64,000 nt of DNA, taken from Micavibrio sp. (GTDB lineage Bacteria > Patescibacteriota > Minisyncoccia > Moranbacterales > GCA-2747515). The notes below the pieces were generated by a model that saw only the letters and a list, made by a program, of their open reading frames with translations, ran no database searches and was not told the origin of the DNA. Positions 59,846-64,000 of this stretch are shown here, one piece after another. The DNA lies in contig DYDB01000006.1 of the NCBI GenBank assembly GCA_020718085.1, positions 8,510-72,509 of the forward strand. Direction: 5' to 3'. Positions within the stretch are counted from its first letter, which is position 1. Every line of letters starts with the position of its first letter. Made by a program: the position numbers and the translations under genes.

Positions 59846-61030
59846 ATGTTTGAACGAACAAAAAATCTCAATTTATCCGTGATCAAGCAGATGGAGATTC
59901 GTGCGCATAAATACCCGGATATGATCTCTTTGGCACAGGGAGTGCCGAATTTTGACACGCCATCATGTATTAAAAGGCGTGTAGAACTGGCTCTGCAAAA
60001 AGGCGTTGTGGCGAAATATTCACTCTCACCAGGCTTGGCAGAGTTGCGTGAATTGATCGAAATCACCTTGGCAAAAGATCATATGTTCTATGATTGGGAA
60101 AAAGAAATTATTGTCACAGCAGGATCGATCGAGGGAATTACTGCTACGATTCTTGCGATTGCAAATCCTGGGGACGAGATCATTATTCCTGAGCCGACAT
60201 ATACATCGTACAGGGAAGTGATCATTCTTGCGGGATGTGTTCCAGTTTTTGTGCCTCTCGATGAGGAAAATGGATGGGCATTTGATTGTAAAAAATTTGC
60301 TGCGGCGATTACACCAAAAACAAAAGCGATCTTTTATTGTAACCCAAATAATCCTACGGGAACGATCTACTCAAGGGAGCAATTGATGGAGCTGGCAAAA
60401 TTGGCAGAAACACATGACTTGTTTTTGATCTCAGATGAGGTTTATAAGGATTTTCTTTTTGAAGAGGGGCAACATATTTTCAGTTTGGCGGAAGTTGCAA
60501 AATATCGAAAACGTGTGATCCGTTTATTTAGTTTTTCAAAATCTTATGCAATGACAGGATGGCGCGTGGGATATGTGCATACAGACGAAAGTGTTGCACA
60601 GGAAATCATCAAAGTACATGATGCCTTGGTAACATGTGCGCCTGTTATTTCGCAGTATGCTGCAATGGGCGCGCTTGAGATGGGAGAATCTGACGTGCGC
60701 ATGATGAATCAGGCATACAAGAGACGTCGTGATGTAATCTGTGCGCATCTGGATGATCTATCACATATTTTTTCCTATGTACGACCGGAGAGTTCATATT
60801 ATGTTTTTCCGAAAATTCTTTGCGATGTGCCACATCATGCATCAGACGTGCATAATGACAGTGTGTCTTGGCGTTTTGCTTTGTGGATGCTGGAACAAAC
60901 ACAGGTGGTGATGGTGCCGGGTGTCGCGTTCGGTCCGAATGGTGAGGATCATGTGCGATTTAGTTTTGGACGAAGCACGAAAGATATTAATATTGCTTTT
61001 GCGCGAATAAAAAAGTTCTTTGAGAAATGA
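59846..61030 (+). CDS. PLP-dependent aminotransferase class I/II
   Basis: G.P.F, NPNNPTG, SDEVY, SFSKSYAMTGWRVG and PG.AFG...VR.SF. Confidence 0.93.
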   Translation: MFERTKNLNLSVIKQMEIRAHKYPDMISLAQGVPNFDTPSCIKRRVELALQKGVVAKYSLSPGLAELRELIEITLAKDHMFYDWEKEIIVTAGSIEGITATILAIANPGDEIIIPEPTYTSYREVIILAGCVPVFVPLDEENGWAFDCKKFAAAITPKTKAIFYCNPNNPTGTIYSREQLMELAKLAETHDLFLISDEVYKDFLFEEGQHIFSLAEVAKYRKRVIRLFSFSKSYAMTGWRVGYVHTDESVAQEIIKVHDALVTCAPVISQYAAMGALEMGESDVRMMNQAYKRRRDVICAHLDDLSHIFSYVRPESSYYVFPKILCDVPHHASDVHNDSVSWRFALWMLEQTQVVMVPGVAFGPNGEDHVRFSFGRSTKDINIAFARIKKFFEK

Positions 61031-61058
61031 TATATAAATTTAATTTTTCACGTATTAT

Positions 61059-61823
61059 ATGATGAGGGTTCTATGTAAAATTATTCTCCAATATTATTTG
61101 AAGGTCATAACGAAGATCGTTCTTTTTGTACATCACCCTATGATCATTGTGATTGCCGGTAGTGTTAACAAAACATTTGTGCGTGATGAGGTGAAGCGAG
61201 TTTTGCATACAAGAGAATATCGTGTGCGCTCAAATCCCAAAAACTTCAATACGGAAATTGGATTACCTTTGGCGATATTAAATATTGAGAGTGGATATAA
61301 TTCTTATAAGCGCTGGGTTCCTGCAATATGTGCAGCTATGCGTGCTGTTTTTCAAAAAGATTTTCCAGAATGTTTAGTATTGGAATTAGGTGTTGCAAAA
61401 AAAGGAGACATGCGATATTTACTCTCCCTTGTATCACCGCATATCACCATTATTACTGATATCACGCAACGATACATAGAATCATTCTCTGGTATGGATC
61501 GATTGGTAAATGAGTATGCGTATCTTGTAAAAAAAACACCGCAAAATGGAAAAGTGATATTGAATTGGGATAATGAGCGCGTTCGTGCATTGCAAGATGT
61601 TGCAACTGCGCCAGTTACTTTTTTTGGATTTGCGGTGGAAAACATGGGTGAACATGGCAAAATTGAAGAAATTAGTAAAGATTCCAATGGCATAAATGTT
61701 TCTATGTGCTATAAAGGTGAGAAAAAAAACATACACATCCCGCGATTTGGCACGCATCACGCAGTTGCTTTTTTGGTGGGGTGGATCGTATTGACAGAGA
61801 TCAATAATGTGCGCACGAAATGA
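61059..61823 (+). CDS. Mur ligase (MurF-like) central-domain-only protein
   Basis: AGSVNKT P-loop variant, NFNTEIGLPL, LVLELG....GDM..L and LNWD; only 254 aa with no C-terminal domain. Confidence 0.72.
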   Translation: MMRVLCKIILQYYLKVITKIVLFVHHPMIIVIAGSVNKTFVRDEVKRVLHTREYRVRSNPKNFNTEIGLPLAILNIESGYNSYKRWVPAICAAMRAVFQKDFPECLVLELGVAKKGDMRYLLSLVSPHITIITDITQRYIESFSGMDRLVNEYAYLVKKTPQNGKVILNWDNERVRALQDVATAPVTFFGFAVENMGEHGKIEEISKDSNGINVSMCYKGEKKNIHIPRFGTHHAVAFLVGWIVLTEINNVRTK

Positions 61824-63004
61824 ATAAGGTAAAAGATCAATTTTTATGGGGCGTTGTTAATATTGGCACGCAGACAGCAGGGAATGATCATTATAGCAAT
61901 TGGTCTGCGTGGGCACGACGTGGTCTCGTGCCAAAAATTGGTGTGGCAAATGCATACGAACGACGATATCGTGAAGATCATGATCTCGCGGAGGAGTTGG
62001 GATGTAATAGTATGCGCATTACAATTGAATGGTCACGCATCGAACCACGAGAAAATTTTTTTGATGACGAAGCACTTAAATATTATGAGAACATTTTATA
62101 TGATCTCAAGAAACGAAATATAAAAACAGTTGTCGGTTTGTGGCACTGGAGCATCCCATTGTGGTGTGAGGAATTTTATGGCATGCACGATCGATGTGTT
62201 GTAAAAAAATTTGAAAGATTTGTACAACATGTCTGTACACATCTTGGACACATGATCGATTATGTAGTTGTGATCAATGAACCGACTGTATATGTGCAGT
62301 CAAGTTATATTAGCAGGTTGCGTCCACCTTTTTTAAAAAACTATACGAAAGCATATTGTGTCTCCAAGAATCTGATTGCAATGCATAAAAATGTATATAG
62401 GTTGTGGAAAAGTGCATATCCACATACGTTGATCGGGTCAACATATTTATGGAATGACGAATGTGGTGCACAAAGTACGATCATACAAAAAATATATTTT
62501 GTGATAAAGAAATATTTTGCCGTGACGTTCTTTATAAGAGCCTTACTTTCTTGCAGTGATTTCATCGGGATTAATTATTATACAAGTAATCGATTTTTCT
62601 TTGGAAAAAGCGGAAAGAGTTGGGGTGTGCATGGCACAAATGATTGGCATGATCCGGATGTATGGCGGACATTTCCAGAGGGCTTGTATGCTGTGCTCAT
62701 GCAGGTAAAAAAATATCACAAGCCGATCATTGTTTTGGAAAACGGAAAACCAACAAATAGTGGCACACAAGATCTTGATCGACAAATATTTCTTGAACAA
62801 TCTGTTATGTATGTAAAAAAAGCGAAAATAGATGGTGCGGACGTGCAAGGATATTTTCACTATTGTCTTTGTGACAGTTACGAATGGGACAGCGGTTATA
62901 ATTTCAAATTTGGACTCGTGGAGATCGATCGTGCAACTGGTGGGCGTATGCGAAGAGATAGTTTTGAAACGTACAAAAATATTATTGCACAGGACCGTGA
63001 ATAA
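61820..63004 (+). CDS. Glycoside hydrolase family 1
   Basis: R.TIEWSRIEP, LWHW..P, INEP (acid/base), LENG (nucleophile) and D.YEW..GY..KFGL. Confidence 0.9.
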   Translation: MNKVKDQFLWGVVNIGTQTAGNDHYSNWSAWARRGLVPKIGVANAYERRYREDHDLAEELGCNSMRITIEWSRIEPRENFFDDEALKYYENILYDLKKRNIKTVVGLWHWSIPLWCEEFYGMHDRCVVKKFERFVQHVCTHLGHMIDYVVVINEPTVYVQSSYISRLRPPFLKNYTKAYCVSKNLIAMHKNVYRLWKSAYPHTLIGSTYLWNDECGAQSTIIQKIYFVIKKYFAVTFFIRALLSCSDFIGINYYTSNRFFFGKSGKSWGVHGTNDWHDPDVWRTFPEGLYAVLMQVKKYHKPIIVLENGKPTNSGTQDLDRQIFLEQSVMYVKKAKIDGADVQGYFHYCLCDSYEWDSGYNFKFGLVEIDRATGGRMRRDSFETYKNIIAQDRE

Positions 63005-63040
63005 TTGGTTTTTTTCGATAAAATGGTATAACATAAAGCA

Positions 63041-63472
63041 ATGAAAATGATGATCGTGACAATTGGACAGCCGAAACTTTCTTTTGCAAAAGAAGGTTTT
63101 GCAGAGTATATAAAAAGATTGTCGGGATTTCACAAAATGGAAGTTACGCATCTTAGTGATAAAGTGACGGATGATAAATTGTTGCAAGTAATTGACAATC
63201 ATTTTTGTATTGTTTTGGATGAACATGGTGTTGAATATACGAGTAGAGAATTTGCGCGATTTTTAGATGAAAAGTCAGTGAATGGTGTGAGTGAAATTGT
63301 TTTTGTAATTGGTGGTCCGGAAGGGCATAGTGAAAAAATAAAAAAGCATGCGAATGTATTATGGAGCATGAGCAAGCTTACATTTCCGCATGATCTGGCG
63401 ATGATGATCTTGGCAGAGACTTTATATCGTTCAAGTACGATCAATGCGGGACATCCATATCATAGAGAATAG
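63041..63472 (+). CDS. rlmH: 23S rRNA pseudouridine-1915 N3-methyltransferase
   Basis: FVIGGPEG, S.LTFPH.LA...L.E.LYR and GHPYHRE. Confidence 0.95.
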   Translation: MKMMIVTIGQPKLSFAKEGFAEYIKRLSGFHKMEVTHLSDKVTDDKLLQVIDNHFCIVLDEHGVEYTSREFARFLDEKSVNGVSEIVFVIGGPEGHSEKIKKHANVLWSMSKLTFPHDLAMMILAETLYRSSTINAGHPYHRE

Positions 63473-63492
63473 ATATTTATCATATTTTATAT

Positions 63493-64000
63493 ATGCAAGA
63501 ACAATACAGAGAGTTATATCAAAAATCTAAAAAAGGTCAGGCGGATACGGTGGTCATTGAGGGAATGCATGCATTTAAACATGCGGCACGTTTTGGTGCG
63601 GAATTTGTAGATGTGATAACTGATGATAAAAAGGCTGCCATAGAGCTTATGCAGCGTATTGCTACGACACAAGATGTGGAACACGTGGAACAATTTGCGC
63701 GGGAGATCGACTCTGTGCAATTTCGTGACATTGCCTCATCATCACTGCGCACGGGTATTGTGGCAATCGCCAAAAAACCGGTCTATACAATTGCAGATGC
63801 AAAAGATAAACAAGTTATTTTTATCGAAAATCCACACGATATCAATAATGTTGGTGCAGTGGTGCGTGTTGCTGCAGGTTATGGTGTAGGGGCCGTGGCG
63901 ATCGTGGGAGAGATCAGTCCGTGGCACATGTTGGCAATTCGTGCTGGCGCGGGATTGCAATGGGCAGTGCCAATGTTACATGTTGGCTCTATTGCAGATG
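63493..64000 (+). CDS. TrmH/SpoU-family RNA methyltransferase, 3'-truncated by the window edge
   Basis: Open frame MQEQY...IEG.HAFKHA.RFGA...IENPHDINNVGAVVRVAAG...IRAGAGLQW runs off the end of the window. Confidence 0.85.
   Translation, partial: MQEQYRELYQKSKKGQADTVVIEGMHAFKHAARFGAEFVDVITDDKKAAIELMQRIATTQDVEHVEQFAREIDSVQFRDIASSSLRTGIVAIAKKPVYTIADAKDKQVIFIENPHDINNVGAVVRVAAGYGVGAVAIVGEISPWHMLAIRAGAGLQWAVPMLHVGSIAD

Noticed and set aside
120-63960. Numerous short antisense and alternate-frame ORFs in the supplied track
   Set aside because: They overlap well-supported genes and show no motifs; treated as shadow ORFs.

Overview
A 64 kb, AT-rich bacterial chromosomal segment, almost entirely on the + strand. 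Gene content and style suggest a Patescibacteria/CPR (Parcubacteria, Moranbacteria-like) genome; this is an inference. Housekeeping genes: dnaJ with a CIRCE operator, tsaC, argS, ileS, recO, lgt, rlmH and a partial TrmH-family gene. These are interleaved with two large repeat-rich surface proteins, a hybrid histidine kinase beside an orphan chemoreceptor, and a CsoR/CstR-type repressor-RND-DedA-rhodanese cluster. The most striking locus (48.1-57.5 kb) is a complex I/group-4-hydrogenase-related (Ehr-like) membrane complex. Its large subunit lacks the NiFe cysteines and its small subunit has lost all four canonical [4Fe-4S] cysteines. It is bracketed by a CsoSCA-like carbonic anhydrase and a tandem beta-carbonic-anhydrase-like protein, making it a candidate ion-gradient-coupled CO2/bicarbonate system. 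Other notable signals: short palindromic REP/RPE-like elements both between genes and inserted in-frame in ileS and in the fibre gene, an Ile T-box whose first downstream gene is a membrane glycosyltransferase rather than ileS, a 176 bp MITE-like hairpin, and a frameshifted CYTH gene. No rRNA, tRNA, CRISPR array or transposase was recognised. All family calls come from motif recognition by eye, not database searches.
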